Of a DNA stretch of 64,000 nt, positions 1 to 10,509 are shown piece after piece (the first letter of the stretch is position 1; each line of letters opens with the position of its first letter). Below the pieces are notes generated by a model that saw nothing but the letters and a program-made list of their open reading frames with translations, made no database searches and was not told the origin of the DNA. Origin of the DNA: Candidatus Krumholzibacteriia bacterium (GTDB taxonomy: Bacteria; Krumholzibacteriota; Krumholzibacteriia; JAJRXK01); the NCBI GenBank assembly GCA_041484665.1, contig JBGPIA010000002.1, forward strand, positions 384,001-448,000, written 5' to 3'. A program made the position numbers and the translations under genes.

Positions 1-137
1 AGCAGGTCGAAACAGCCATTGGTGAACACGATGGTGCGCCCGGCGTCGCGCTGCGCCTGCGCCCAACGCTCCAGCTGCTCGGGAGCGATCAGCGGTGCGA
101 GCGCGGGCCGCTCCAGCGGATGGGGGCCAGCCGTCAC
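1..137 (-). CDS. rfaE2: D-glycero-beta-D-manno-heptose 1-phosphate adenylyltransferase (HldC/RfaE2 type), 5' part only; runs off the window edge
   Basis: Manual translation from GTG at 137 gives ...GRTIVFTNGCFDLL, the cytidylyltransferase-family motif. The start overlaps the stop of the upstream heptose kinase (GTGA). Confidence 0.85.
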   Translation of the reverse strand, partial: MTAGPHPLERPALAPLIAPEQLERWAQAQRDAGRTIVFTNGCFDL

Positions 138-1144
138 GTCGGGTGTCCCTGGCGCTCCTGCCAGGCCGTCACGATCTGGTGCGGCCGGACGACCGCGGTG
201 CCCAGCTCGCGCACCACCAGGCCAGCCGCCAGGTTGGAGAGGCGCGCGGCCAGGGCGGGCGCGGCGCCCGCCGCCAGCAAGGTGGTGAACACCGCGATCA
301 CGGTGTCGCCGGCGCCGGTGACGTCGTAGACCTCGGTGGCCTCCGTGGGCAGCGGCGTGACCTGTCCGTCCGCACCGAAGAGGATCATGCCATGCTCGCC
401 CCGCGTCAGGAGCAGCAGGTCGCTCTCCAGACGCTCCTTGAGCGCCTGCCCCACGCGCACTGCGTCAACCTCGCCCTCGATGGTGGCATGGGCGGCCATG
501 GCCGCCTCGCGCTCGTTGGGCGTGAGCGCGGTCACGGCGCGATAGAGGTCGAAGTCCGACTGCTTGGGGTCGACCACGACGATGGTGCCCTGGGCGTGGA
601 GCTCGCGCAGCCGGTCCATGAGCGCGCGCGACACGACCCCCTTGCCATAATCGGAGACGATGATGGCCGCGAAGGGCCCGCGCTCCTGCAGGTCCTGCAG
701 CAGGCGCTGCTGGTCGAGCGGCGACAGGGGCGCCTTGGTCTCGCGGTCAATGCGCACCACCTGTTGGTGGCCAGCCAGGATGCGCGTCTTGAGGGTCGTG
801 ACGCGGTCGGCACAGGCGAACACGCCCGCATCGTCGATCCCCCGCACGACGAGCATCTCGCGCAAGCGCGTGGCCGTCTCGTCGCACCCCACCGCCGAGA
901 ACAGCACGGCGTTGGCGCCCAGTGCGGCCACGTTGGCGGCGACGTTGGCGGCGCCACCCAGGCGCTCCTCCTCCTGGCGGACGTGCACGACCGGCACCGG
1001 CGCCTCGGGCGAAATGCGATCGACGCGGCCGTGGACGAAGCGGTCGAGCATGCCGTCGCCGATCACGGCGACGGGCAGCGCCTGGCTGCGCTGCAGAAGA
1101 GCGACGAGCGGATCCTCGCGCTCGGGGGCGTGCGCATTCGACAT
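134..1144 (-). CDS. rfaE1: D-glycero-beta-D-manno-heptose-7-phosphate kinase (HldA/RfaE1, PfkB family)
   Basis: Motifs VIGDGMLDRF..G.V.RISPEAPVPV, GGAANVA, SDYGKG, VDPK, TPNERE and DVTGAGDTV. Start set at ATG 1144. Confidence 0.93.
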   Translation of the reverse strand: MSNAHAPEREDPLVALLQRSQALPVAVIGDGMLDRFVHGRVDRISPEAPVPVVHVRQEEERLGGAANVAANVAALGANAVLFSAVGCDETATRLREMLVVRGIDDAGVFACADRVTTLKTRILAGHQQVVRIDRETKAPLSPLDQQRLLQDLQERGPFAAIIVSDYGKGVVSRALMDRLRELHAQGTIVVVDPKQSDFDLYRAVTALTPNEREAAMAAHATIEGEVDAVRVGQALKERLESDLLLLTRGEHGMILFGADGQVTPLPTEATEVYDVTGAGDTVIAVFTTLLAAGAAPALAARLSNLAAGLVVRELGTAVVRPHQIVTAWQERQGHPT

Positions 1145-1229
1145 GGTGACGTGCGGACCGATGGCCACGGTCGGGAAGGGGAGCTCGACCCCGACGCAGA
1201 ACGAGCCCCAGGCGGGGCTGCGGTGCGCG

Positions 1230-1259
1230 AGAGTAGTCGGCCCGCGGCGCGGCTGTCAA
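1230..1259 (-). promoter_or_regulatory. Putative sigma70 promoter for rfaE1-rfaE2
   Basis: Minus strand reads TTGACA (1259-1254), 18-bp spacer, TACTCT (1235-1230). Confidence 0.55.
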
Positions 1260-1385
1260 CGGCCGCAGCGCCGCTGGGCGCCCGCCTTGCCGGGGACCGG
1301 CGCGCACGCTACCGTTTCCGCGCGTCCCTGCCCGCTGCCGCGCCCGCCCTCCGCGCGCAGCCCCCACCCGGACCCGGGAGCCGCC

Positions 1386-1724
1386 ATGAATCAGGCCATT
1401 CCGCCGCTGACGCAAATCAAGGTCGACATCGACACCAAGGACGTCGAGGGCATCTACTCCAACCTCGCCTTCCTCCATCTGAGCCCCAGCGAGTTCATCC
1501 TGGACTTCGCGCGTCTGATGCCCGGCCCGCCGCGCGCCAAAGTGCACAGCCGGATCATCCTCACGCCCCAGGCGGCCAAGGCCGTCATGCGCCTGCTCCA
1601 GGAGAACGTCCGCAAGTACGAGGCCGAGCAGGGCGAGATCCGCCTGCCGGGCAGCGCCATGCAAGCCCCCATCGGCTTCCAGCCCGCCTCCGACGCGCCC
1701 AGCAGCGAACCGGCCGCGAGCTAG
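1386..1724 (+). CDS. DUF3467 family protein
   Basis: GIYSNLA..HLSPSEFILDFA...P..KVHSRIILTPQ.AK..L.EN..KYE pattern typical of DUF3467. ATG at 1386 follows GGGAG. Confidence 0.85.
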   Translation: MNQAIPPLTQIKVDIDTKDVEGIYSNLAFLHLSPSEFILDFARLMPGPPRAKVHSRIILTPQAAKAVMRLLQENVRKYEAEQGEIRLPGSAMQAPIGFQPASDAPSSEPAAS

Positions 1725-2674
1725 GAGCCGCCGCCGGCGCCGCGCAGGTCGCTCGGGGCTGGGCCGGCAGACTCCTGCGGCGGGCGCGTCTTCCAGCGCC
1801 GGTGCACCCAGAAATAGTGCTCCGGGTAGCGGCGCACCCACTCCTCCATGGTGCGCACGTACTCCTGCGTGAGCCGGTGGATCTCCTCCTGCTCGGGGCG
1901 GCTCGTGTCGGGATGGAGCGGGTCGATGATCGCGGCGTGATGCGTGCCGTCGGGATTGCGGCGGATGTACCCCGCGACGATGGGTACGCGGGCGTGGTAG
2001 GCGAAGTAGGCCGGCCCCTTGTACGTGGAGGCAGGCCGTCCGAGGAAATCGACGAACACTCCGTGGCGGCGCGCGTCCTGGTCGGGCAGGATTCCCACCA
2101 GGTGCCCGCGCTGCAGGGCGCGCAGCACGTGACGCGCGACCTGGGGCCCCTGCTTGATGATCTCGATGCCGCCGCGAGCGCGCAGCAGATTCTGCATGCG
2201 GCTTGCCAGCGGGTTGCTCTGCTCCTTCACCAGAAACGTCGTGGGATAGCCGCGAGCCACGAAGGCCGCACCGAACAGCTCCCAGTTGCCGAAGTGCCCG
2301 GTCACGAGCATGGCGCCGCGCCCACTGGCGCGGATGGCGTCGAGCGCCTCCAGGTTGTCGATGCGCACCTCACGCAGCAGCTCGTCGCGCGTCAGGGAGT
2401 ACAGGCTGCTGAACTCCAGCAGCGACCCGCCCAGCTGCTCGTAGCTGCGCCGGCCCAGCGCGACGAGCTCCCGCTCGCTTTGCTGGTGGCCGAACACGAA
2501 GCGCAGGTTCTCCATGGTGACGTCACGGCGGATGCGCAGCAGGTCGAAGCAGATGCGCCCCACCAGCGACCCGACCCGCACGAATGCGCGCCGCGGCAGG
2601 ATGCGTGACAGCAGGAAGACCGTGTAGAGGCCCGCGTACTCCACGCGGTGCTTGAACGTCGGCGTGCGGCTCAT
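1721..2674 (-). CDS. lpxL: Lipid A biosynthesis (lauroyl) acyltransferase, LpxL/HtrB family
   Basis: Motifs HFGNWE, LPDQDA, FLGRPAST and QYF/HYFWVHRRWKTRP-type C-terminus. ATG 2674 overlaps the upstream stop (ATGA). Confidence 0.88.
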   Translation of the reverse strand: MSRTPTFKHRVEYAGLYTVFLLSRILPRRAFVRVGSLVGRICFDLLRIRRDVTMENLRFVFGHQQSERELVALGRRSYEQLGGSLLEFSSLYSLTRDELLREVRIDNLEALDAIRASGRGAMLVTGHFGNWELFGAAFVARGYPTTFLVKEQSNPLASRMQNLLRARGGIEIIKQGPQVARHVLRALQRGHLVGILPDQDARRHGVFVDFLGRPASTYKGPAYFAYHARVPIVAGYIRRNPDGTHHAAIIDPLHPDTSRPEQEEIHRLTQEYVRTMEEWVRRYPEHYFWVHRRWKTRPPQESAGPAPSDLRGAGGGS

Positions 2675-3861
2675 AGCACCAGTCGCGCCACGGGGCTCAG
2701 GCGCATCTCCACGGCCCCGTCGCGACACACCTCCCGGCAGCCCAGGCAGAAGACGCAGCCGGAGAGGTCGATGCGGGCCTTGCCAGAGGCCTGTGCGATC
2801 GTGCCCGTGGGGCACATCTCCACGCAGGCTCCGCACCCGGTGCAGGCTGCGGGGTGCACGCGCGGGCGCGCCCACAACAACGACGTCGCGGCGCGCGCCA
2901 GCCCGGCCGGGATCCGCGCGAGCCAGCGGTTGTCCGGCAAGCGCACGTCGGCCAGACGGTGATCGGCCAGCGCCGGCCCGCGCACCGTGATCTGTGCCAG
3001 GCGCGCCTCGCCCAGGCCACGCGCCGCCGCCAGGCGCGTGGTGTCCACGCGCTCGGGGGACAACCCGATCAGCCAGCTAGCCACCGCGTCGACGGCCACC
3101 GCGTCGGCGCTGGCCAAGAGCCAGCCGAAGCGCCGCGCCGGACCGCTGGCCGGGCCGGGTCCCTCCATCCCCACGATCCCGTCGAGGATCGTCAGCCGCG
3201 GGCGCACGCGCGCATAGAGCGCGACCAGCATGCGAGCGAACGCATCGGGGTGCGGGTGGAGCTTGTGGAACTCCGCCTTGGCCAGCCCGGGAATGTGTCC
3301 GAACACCTTCTTCACGCCGCCCGTGTACAGCGTGAGCGCGTGGGTCTTGAGCTTCGGGAGGCTGATCACCACGTCGGACGCGCGTAGTGCTGCGTTGAGC
3401 AGGAAGGCATGACCATCCACCTGCTCGACCGCTCCACCCAGCGCCTCGAAGCTCACCAGCTCGTGGCGATGCTCGCGCGCGAGATCCAGGTGCCCCGATC
3501 TCCGCCACACGCGCTCCACGCCCTTCAGCGCGCCCGCAGGCGAGTCCCCGATCCATACGCGGCCGCCGACCTCGCGCGCCAGGTCGGCGACGGCCATGGT
3601 CAGCGCCGGGTGGGTCGTCACCGCGCGATCGGGTCCACGTGCGGCCAGGAAATTGGGGTTGATCAGCACGCGGTCCCCCGGGCGAACGAAGGCCGCCATT
3701 CCTCCCAGCTCGCCCAGCACGGCCGCGAGCGCCGCGCGCAAGTCGCGCGCCTCGTAGCTGACGGCGGTGCGCCACGCCACGGTGGCGCCGCTGTGTACGG
3801 TCGGCGCCGCCGGGGCGGGCGCGGCCGGAGTCGGCGCGGCGTTCTGGAGCGAACGGATCAT
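2671..3861 (-). CDS. DUF362 domain protein with C-terminal 2x[4Fe-4S] ferredoxin
   Basis: Motifs VLINPN, VTTHP, LPKLKTH and DGIVGMEG.GP..G. C-terminal CxxCxxCxxxCP and CxxCxxCxxxC. Confidence 0.85.
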   Translation of the reverse strand: MIRSLQNAAPTPAAPAPAAPTVHSGATVAWRTAVSYEARDLRAALAAVLGELGGMAAFVRPGDRVLINPNFLAARGPDRAVTTHPALTMAVADLAREVGGRVWIGDSPAGALKGVERVWRRSGHLDLAREHRHELVSFEALGGAVEQVDGHAFLLNAALRASDVVISLPKLKTHALTLYTGGVKKVFGHIPGLAKAEFHKLHPHPDAFARMLVALYARVRPRLTILDGIVGMEGPGPASGPARRFGWLLASADAVAVDAVASWLIGLSPERVDTTRLAAARGLGEARLAQITVRGPALADHRLADVRLPDNRWLARIPAGLARAATSLLWARPRVHPAACTGCGACVEMCPTGTIAQASGKARIDLSGCVFCLGCREVCRDGAVEMRLSPVARLVL

Positions 3862-3961
3862 GGCGGGTGCAGGAGCCTTCAGCGGCACCGGGGACGGGAA
3901 CGTCGATCTGGCGACGTTAGGAGGCGCCCCGGCGCCGCCGCAAGCCCTTTCCCGACGCGCC

Positions 3962-5053
3962 TCAGGAGCGCCGGCGGGGCGCCGCCTGCGCTCGCGGGGG
4001 GGACGCCGCTCGCGACCTGGTGCCCGCTCGCGATGGCGCGCCTGCCGGCGGCGCCACGTAGCGGCCGCCCGCGGTGCGCCGCGCCTCCCCCTGCAGCTCG
4101 AGATCCGTGAGCGCCACGAGCGTGCGTGCGAGCGTCCAGCCCAGACGCTGGGCGATCTCCTCGGGCGTGCGCGGAGTGGCGTCGAGCGAGAGCGGCGCGC
4201 CCGCTCCCGGAGGCGGCAGCGGCAGCCCCAGCGCGTCGAGCACGTCGGCCGCGTCGCGCACCGGAGTCGCCCCATTGTGCAGCAGCTCCAGGCAGCCGGC
4301 CGCGTGCGGGCAGTCCACCGGCCCCGGCACCACCATCACCTCGCGCCCCAACTGCAGGGCGAAGTCCACCGTGGAGAGCGCCCCACTGCTCTCGCCGGCC
4401 TCCACCACCACCAGGGCGCGCGCCACGGCGGCGATCAGGCGATTGCGCGCCAGGAACTGCCACTTGCGCGGCGGCGCGCCGGGCTCGTACTCGCTCACCA
4501 GGCACCCGGAGCGCGCCACCTCCTCCTGCAGCTCGAGGTGACCCGCCGGGTAGACCACGTCGACGCCGGTCCCCAGCACCGCGATGGGGCGGCCTGCGGC
4601 GGCCAGACAGCCACGGTGGGCGGCGCCGTCCACGCCGTAGGCGAGCCCGCTGGCGACGCACACGCCGGCGCGCGCCAGCCCGGCGCCGATGCGCTCGGCG
4701 GCGAGGCGACCGCGCTCCGTGCCGCGGCGGCATCCGACCACGCCCACGCAGCGCTCATCGTGCAGCGCCGCGACATCGCCGCGCACGAACAGCGCTGCGG
4801 GCGGGTCGCGCAGCTGCAGGCAGCCGCGCGGGAAATCGGGATCGGTGGGGACCAGCACCTGCGCGCCACAGGCGCGGGCGGACTCGCGCACGCGCGCGGC
4901 CCACTGGCGCCGGTCGCGCAGGCCGCCGTGCGCCTCGAGAACTTGCGTGACCTCCGGCGGATCGGGGCGCCCCGTGAGGCGGGCCTGCACCATGGACGCG
5001 CGCAGCGCCACGGGGAGCAGCAGCCCCTCCAGCCATGCCAGACGCTCGGACAT
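3962..5053 (-). CDS. dprA: DNA-processing protein DprA
   Basis: Motifs SGLAYGVDGAAH, VLGTGVDVVYP, FLARNRLIA, VVVEA...SGALST, and a C-terminal winged helix (LTDLELQG). GGAGG RBS. Confidence 0.93.
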   Translation of the reverse strand: MSERLAWLEGLLLPVALRASMVQARLTGRPDPPEVTQVLEAHGGLRDRRQWAARVRESARACGAQVLVPTDPDFPRGCLQLRDPPAALFVRGDVAALHDERCVGVVGCRRGTERGRLAAERIGAGLARAGVCVASGLAYGVDGAAHRGCLAAAGRPIAVLGTGVDVVYPAGHLELQEEVARSGCLVSEYEPGAPPRKWQFLARNRLIAAVARALVVVEAGESSGALSTVDFALQLGREVMVVPGPVDCPHAAGCLELLHNGATPVRDAADVLDALGLPLPPPGAGAPLSLDATPRTPEEIAQRLGWTLARTLVALTDLELQGEARRTAGGRYVAPPAGAPSRAGTRSRAASPPRAQAAPRRRS

Positions 5054-5188
5054 CGATTCCTCCGCAACGGGAGGCAGGACGCAAGGGAGACGTTCACGGG
5101 AGGTGGAAGAACGCGCGTGGGCGCGCGGGCGCGCCGCCGGCGACGCGTGCGTCGGCGCAGCAGCGGCCGGCGCGGCAGGCGACGCCGC

Positions 5189-6172
5189 TCAGGCTTGCTG
5201 GCGCCGGGCGGCGAAAGCCGCCTTGATGGCACTACGCAGCGCCGGCAGGCCAGCGCCGGTGACGCAGCTGATGGGCAACGCGATCTCCCCTGGGATCACT
5301 GGCAGCGGGTCCTCAGCAGGCCAGAGGTCGATCTTGTTGAGGCAGACCAGCCGGGGTGCTGCGACCAAGGACTGGGTGTACGTCTCCACCTCGCGGCAAA
5401 GCGCGCGGTAGCGGCCGGCGGGCTCGTCGGTGACGTCGAGCACGAAGATCAGCAGTCGCGTGCGCTCGATGTGGCGCAGGAAGGCGTGGCCCAGCCCCTT
5501 GCCCTCGCTGGCTCCCTCGATCAGGCCGGGGATGTCGGCCATCGTGCAGCTCATGTAGTCGCCCAGGTCGACGATGCCGAGGTTGGGCGTGAGCGTGGTG
5601 AACGGATAGTCGGCGATCTTCGGGCGCGCGCTGGTCAGGCGCGACAGGAGCGTGCTCTTGCCCGCGTTGGGGAAGCCCACCAGCCCGACGTCGGCGAGCA
5701 GCTTCAGCTCCAGCCGCAGCCGGCGCCGCTCGCCGGGGCGGCCGGCGTCGGCGCGGCGTGGCGCCTGGTTGCTGGGCGAGCGGAAACGGTAGTTGCCGCG
5801 TCCGCCGATCCCGCCCCGCGCCACCGCCAGCCGAGTGCCGCTCTCCACCAGATCCCCCAGCTGCTCGCCCGTGGCGTCGTCGTACACCAGTGTGCCCTGG
5901 GGGACCTTGAGCACGGTGTCCGCGCCACCCCGGCCGGTGCGGTTGGACCCCTCGCCCGCCGCCCCGTCCTGCGCGTGGTAGCGCCGGCGGTAGCGGTAGT
6001 CGAGCAGCGTGCCGACGTTCGCGTCGGCCACCAGCACGATCGAGCCGCCGGCACCACCGTCGCCCCCGTCGGGTCCGCCGAACGGGACGTACGCCTCGCG
6101 CCGGAAGCTGATGCAGCCCCGGCCGCCGTTGCCGGCCTCCAGCACGATGATGACCTGATCGACGAAACGCAT
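5189..6172 (-). CDS. obg: GTPase Obg/CgtA
   Basis: MRFVD..., GGPDGGDGG, LADVGLVGFPNAGKSTLL, ADYPFTTL.PNLG, DIPGLIEGA, NKID. Confidence 0.97.
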   Translation of the reverse strand: MRFVDQVIIVLEAGNGGRGCISFRREAYVPFGGPDGGDGGAGGSIVLVADANVGTLLDYRYRRRYHAQDGAAGEGSNRTGRGGADTVLKVPQGTLVYDDATGEQLGDLVESGTRLAVARGGIGGRGNYRFRSPSNQAPRRADAGRPGERRRLRLELKLLADVGLVGFPNAGKSTLLSRLTSARPKIADYPFTTLTPNLGIVDLGDYMSCTMADIPGLIEGASEGKGLGHAFLRHIERTRLLIFVLDVTDEPAGRYRALCREVETYTQSLVAAPRLVCLNKIDLWPAEDPLPVIPGEIALPISCVTGAGLPALRSAIKAAFAARRQQA

Positions 6173-6277
6173 GGCGACCCCAGGGGAGGGCGTGTGTTTC
6201 CGTGTGGGAGGCAGCGGCGCTGCGGGCGGGGGGCGCCTGCGTGCCACCGGCGCGCAGGCGCATGGGTCAAGCAAGAG

Positions 6278-7363
6278 TTACATGCGGGCGAGCTTCTCGG
6301 CCACCGCCTCGGCCACGCGCATGGTGCTCGCGGCGGTTGGGTCGTCGCGGTCGGGCTTCATGTCGTAGGTGACGTCCTTGCCCTGCGCGATCACCGCGGC
6401 GATAGCAGCCTCCAGCCGCCGGCCGGCGTCCGCCTCGCCGAGGTGGTGCAGCATCATCACGCCCGAGAGCATCATGGCCAGCGGGTTGACCTTGTTCTGG
6501 CCCTTGTACTTGGGCGCGCTGCCGTGGGTCGCCTCGAACACCGCGTAGGTGTCCCCGAGGTTGGCGCCGGGCGCCACGCCCAGGCCACCGACCAGCCCAG
6601 CGCACAGGTCGCTGAGGATGTCGCCGTAGAGGTTGGGGAGCACCAGGACGTCGTACAGCTCGGGCTTCTGCACCAGCTGCATGCACATGTTGTCGACGAT
6701 GCGGTCTTCGAACTCGATGTCGGGATTGCGGGCCGCCACCTGCCGGCTGACGTCTAGCCACAGGCCATCGGTGTATTTCATGATGTTGGCCTTGTGGACG
6801 CTGGTGATTTTCTTGCGCCCGTGCTTGCGAGCGTAGTCGAAGGCGTACTGCACGATGCGCCAGGTCCCCTCGATGCTGATGGGCTTGATGCTGATCCCGG
6901 AGTCGGGGCGGACGTGATGGCGGGTCTTCTGCTCGATCCAGGCCAGCAGCTCCTGCGTTTCGGGCTTGCCCTGTTCGAACTCGATGCCGGCGTACAGGTC
7001 CTCGTGGTTCTCGCGGATGATCACCAGATCCACGTTCTCGTAGCGGCTGCGCACACCCTGGTAGCTCTTGCACGGCCGCACGCAGGCGAAGAGGTCGAGT
7101 TCCATGCGCATCGCCACGTTCACGCTGCGAAACCCCGTGCCCACCGGGGTCGTGATCGGCCCCTTGATCCCCACCTTGGTGCGCCGCACCGACTCCAGCA
7201 CGTCATCGGGCAACGGCGTACCTCTCGCCTCGAACACGTCCGCGCCGGCGTCGTGCTCGTCCCACGCGAACCGCACGCCGGTCGCCTCCAGCGCGTGGAC
7301 GACCGCGCGGGTGATCTCCGGGCCGGTTCCGTCGCCGGGGATCAGGGTCACGACATGCTTCAC
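6278..7363 (-). CDS. icd: Isocitrate dehydrogenase (isocitrate/isopropylmalate dehydrogenase family)
   Basis: Motifs [38 protein letters not shown] and [12 protein letters not shown] 7363 follows an AAGGA RBS. Confidence 0.85.
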   Translation of the reverse strand: MKHVVTLIPGDGTGPEITRAVVHALEATGVRFAWDEHDAGADVFEARGTPLPDDVLESVRRTKVGIKGPITTPVGTGFRSVNVAMRMELDLFACVRPCKSYQGVRSRYENVDLVIIRENHEDLYAGIEFEQGKPETQELLAWIEQKTRHHVRPDSGISIKPISIEGTWRIVQYAFDYARKHGRKKITSVHKANIMKYTDGLWLDVSRQVAARNPDIEFEDRIVDNMCMQLVQKPELYDVLVLPNLYGDILSDLCAGLVGGLGVAPGANLGDTYAVFEATHGSAPKYKGQNKVNPLAMMLSGVMMLHHLGEADAGRRLEAAIAAVIAQGKDVTYDMKPDRDDPTAASTMRVAEAVAEKLARM

Positions 7364-7506
7364 GGCCGTTTCCTTTCGCGGGCGCACCTTGGTCGTCATG
7401 ATCGCTATCAGCCTCCTCCGATTTCGCTGCGCGGCGACCGGCGGGCCACCGCCGGCGCCCTTGGATCGGGTGCCGCTCGGGGCGCGCCGGCCGCCGACCG
7501 TGGGTC

Positions 7507-9171
7507 TCAGGCCGGGGCGGGTGCGGCGGTGAGACGCTTGGGCCCCGCCGCCGCGATTTCCCGCGGGCACCCCACCGCCATCAGCTTGAAGTTGTCGATG
7601 AAACGCGCCGCCAGCGCGTCGTACTTGCGGAAATACTCCTCGCGGCTCCCCCAGGTGTTGGCCGGGTCGAGGATGTCCGCCGGGACGCCCTCGCAGCTCG
7701 CGGGCACATCAAAGCCGAACACCGGGTCCGAACGGTAGCGCACGCTGCGCAGCGCCCCCGAGAGTGCCGCGTTCAGCAGCCGGCGCGTGTGCTGGATGCT
7801 GATGCGCTTGCCGACGCCAAACGATCCACCGGTCCAGCCGGTGTTCACGAGCCAGCACTGCGCTCCGTGCTCGACCAGCTTGCGTTTGAGCAGCTCGGCG
7901 TAGCGGTACGGGTGGTGGACCATGAACGGACCGCCGAAGCAGGCGCTGAAGGTGATCTCCGGCTCGATCCCCAGGCCGATCTCCGTGCCGGCGATCTTGC
8001 TGGTGTACCCCGAGATGAAATGGTAGATGGCCTGCTCGGGGCTCAGGCGCGCGATGGGCGGCATGACGCCCGATGCGTCGCAGGTCAGGAAGATCACGTT
8101 CTGGGGGTGACCGGCCCGCTTGCTGGCAAGCGCGTTGTCGATGTAGTCGAGCGGGTAGGCGCCCCGCGTATTCTCGGTCAGCGACGCGTCGTTGAGGTCC
8201 AGGATGCGCGAGACGGGATCGTACACCACGTTCTCCAGGATGGTGCCGAAGCGGCGCGTACAGGCATGGATCTGGGGCTCGGCGTCGGGCGACAGGCGGA
8301 TGACCTTGGCGTAGCAGCCGTCCTCGAAGTTGAACACGCCGCGGTCGCCCCAGCCGTGCTCATCATCGCCGATCAGGCGGCGCTGCGGGTCGGCGCTGAG
8401 CGTGGTCTTGCCCGTTCCCGACAGGCCGAAGAAGATGGCCACATCGCCCTCCTTGCCCACGTTGGCCGAGCAGTGCATCGAGAGCACGCCCTCCAGGGGC
8501 AGGAGGTAATTGAGGACGGTGAAGATGGTCTTCTTGATCTCTCCGGCGTAGCCGGTGCCTCCGATCAGGGCCAGCTTCTCCCGGAAATTGAGCACGATGA
8601 AGGTCTCGCTGCGGGTCCCGTCCGCCATGGGCGAGGCCTGGAAGCCGGGCGCGCAGATGATGGTGAAGTCCGGTACGTGGCGCCGCTGGGCCTCCAGCGT
8701 CCCGTTCTTGAGGAACATCGTGCGCGCGAACAGGCTGTGCCAGGCCTTCTGGGTGACGACGCGGACCGCCAGCCGGCGCTCCGGGTCGGCGCCCGCCCAG
8801 ACGTCCTGCACGAACACATCGCGGCCCTGTAGGTAGCCCACGAGCCGCGCGTGCAGAGTGCTGAAGCTCTCGGGGTTGAACGGCCGGTTGTACTGCCCCC
8901 ACCAGACGTGCTCCTCCGTCGTCTGCTCGCGCACCACGAACTTGTCGGCGGCAGCGCGGGCGGTGTGCTTGCCGGTGTCCACGACCAGCGGCCCCAGGTG
9001 GCAGATCTGGGCCTCCGAGCGGTGGATCGCCTCTTCGTAGAGGGCGGGAGCGGGCAGATTCCAGTAGATGCGGCGGAGGTTGGACAGGCCGTGGTGCTCC
9101 AGTCCAAAAACGCTTGCGCACGCGCCCGCTTCGCGTACGGCCGGCGACTGGACGTCGATATAGATGTTCAT
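7507..9171 (-). CDS. pckA: Phosphoenolpyruvate carboxykinase (ATP)
   Basis: Motifs [40 protein letters not shown] and FSACFG. Confidence 0.97.
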   Translation of the reverse strand: MNIYIDVQSPAVREAGACASVFGLEHHGLSNLRRIYWNLPAPALYEEAIHRSEAQICHLGPLVVDTGKHTARAAADKFVVREQTTEEHVWWGQYNRPFNPESFSTLHARLVGYLQGRDVFVQDVWAGADPERRLAVRVVTQKAWHSLFARTMFLKNGTLEAQRRHVPDFTIICAPGFQASPMADGTRSETFIVLNFREKLALIGGTGYAGEIKKTIFTVLNYLLPLEGVLSMHCSANVGKEGDVAIFFGLSGTGKTTLSADPQRRLIGDDEHGWGDRGVFNFEDGCYAKVIRLSPDAEPQIHACTRRFGTILENVVYDPVSRILDLNDASLTENTRGAYPLDYIDNALASKRAGHPQNVIFLTCDASGVMPPIARLSPEQAIYHFISGYTSKIAGTEIGLGIEPEITFSACFGGPFMVHHPYRYAELLKRKLVEHGAQCWLVNTGWTGGSFGVGKRISIQHTRRLLNAALSGALRSVRYRSDPVFGFDVPASCEGVPADILDPANTWGSREEYFRKYDALAARFIDNFKLMAVGCPREIAAAGPKRLTAAPAPA

Positions 9172-10385
9172 GCCCAGTCCCTCACCAGCTTGCGGTCGCC
9201 CAGGAACAGCTCGTTGGGAGCCTCCGGATCCAGCGCCCACTTGATGCGCTCGATCCCGTCCATGATCTCCTTGATGGTCCCGCAGTAGCTCAGGCGCAGG
9301 TGGCCCTCCATGCCGAACTCCTTGCCTGGCACGGTCACGACGCGCACGCGTGCCAGCAGCAGCTCGGCCAGCTTCTGGCTGTCCTTCATATAGGCACTGA
9401 AGTCCGGGAAGCAGTAGAACGTCCCGTCGGGCCGCGTCACCTTGACCCCCGGCAAGGTCCTCAGTCGCTCCAGCATGACATTGCGGTTGTTCTCCAGCGT
9501 GAGCCGCAGCGTCTCAATGCCGGTCTGGAACCCCGACAATGCTCCCACCGCCGCCCACTGCGACGGCGTGGCCGGGCCCGAGGTCTGGTGGGACTGGATG
9601 TTGGCCATGGCCGCGCCGACCTCGCGGTTGACGATGGCCCAGCCGATCCGGAAGCCCGTCATCGCGTACATCTTCGATACACCCTGGATCACCACCAGCT
9701 TACTGCTCTCGAGGGGGTCCTTGGCGTAGGCATAGGGATTCGGGGCGGTCTGGCCGTCGAAGACCAGGCGGTTGTACAGGTCATCCATGATCAGGTAGAG
9801 GCCCTTCTTCTCGCAGAAGGCCACCATCTCCGCCAGGAAGTCGCGCGCGTACATCAGACCGCTGGGGTTGTTGGGGCTGTTGAGCACGATCGCCTTGGTG
9901 TACGAGCCGACCCGCTCGGCGATGTCCTTCACCGTCGGCTGGAACGTGCCGTCCTCGGGCGTCACCGCCACCGGGACGCCGCCCGCGAGCTTGACCATCT
10001 CCGGGTAACTCACCCAGTACGGCGCGGGGAATACCACCTCGTCCTTGGGCTCCAGGATCGTGTGGAGCAGGACCATGATGGCCTGCTTGGCGCCGCTGCT
10101 GACGATCACGTTTTCGGCGGCCACCTGCTTGTCGTAGTTCTCCTCGGTGTAGCGGATGACGGCCTTCTTGAGGGCGGGCAGACCATCGGCGGGCGCGTAA
10201 CGGACCTCGCCGGAGTTGAGCTGGCTGGCGCAGTTCACGATGGCGTCGAATGGCGCCTTGCTCTTGGGCTCCCCGGCGCCCAGGTGGATGACCGCCTCTC
10301 CCTTCTCGCGCAGGCGGGCCGCGATCTCGTTGAGCTTGAGGGTGGGCGATTCCTTGATGGACTTGGCGAGCTGACTGACGCTCAT
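9168..10385 (-). CDS. aspC: Class I/II PLP aminotransferase (aspartate aminotransferase-like)
   Basis: Motifs GAKQA, PYWVSY, NSPNNPSG, DDLY and SKMYAMTGFRIGW. Confidence 0.88.
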   Translation of the reverse strand: MSVSQLAKSIKESPTLKLNEIAARLREKGEAVIHLGAGEPKSKAPFDAIVNCASQLNSGEVRYAPADGLPALKKAVIRYTEENYDKQVAAENVIVSSGAKQAIMVLLHTILEPKDEVVFPAPYWVSYPEMVKLAGGVPVAVTPEDGTFQPTVKDIAERVGSYTKAIVLNSPNNPSGLMYARDFLAEMVAFCEKKGLYLIMDDLYNRLVFDGQTAPNPYAYAKDPLESSKLVVIQGVSKMYAMTGFRIGWAIVNREVGAAMANIQSHQTSGPATPSQWAAVGALSGFQTGIETLRLTLENNRNVMLERLRTLPGVKVTRPDGTFYCFPDFSAYMKDSQKLAELLLARVRVVTVPGKEFGMEGHLRLSYCGTIKEIMDGIERIKWALDPEAPNELFLGDRKLVRDWA

Positions 10386-10452
10386 GGCAGGCTCCTCACC
10401 CCGGGGACGAAGGGCGACACGGCGCGCCGCAGCAAGGCCGCGCGGCCGGGAC

Positions 10453-10482
10453 AAAGTAAGGGCCACCCGGAACGGGGGTCAA
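10453..10482 (-). promoter_or_regulatory. Putative sigma70 promoter for aspC-pckA
   Basis: Minus strand reads TTGACC, 18-bp spacer, TACTTT. Confidence 0.4.
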
Positions 10483-10509
10483 CGCTCCCGTCCGCCCGTC
10501 CGGGGGCGG

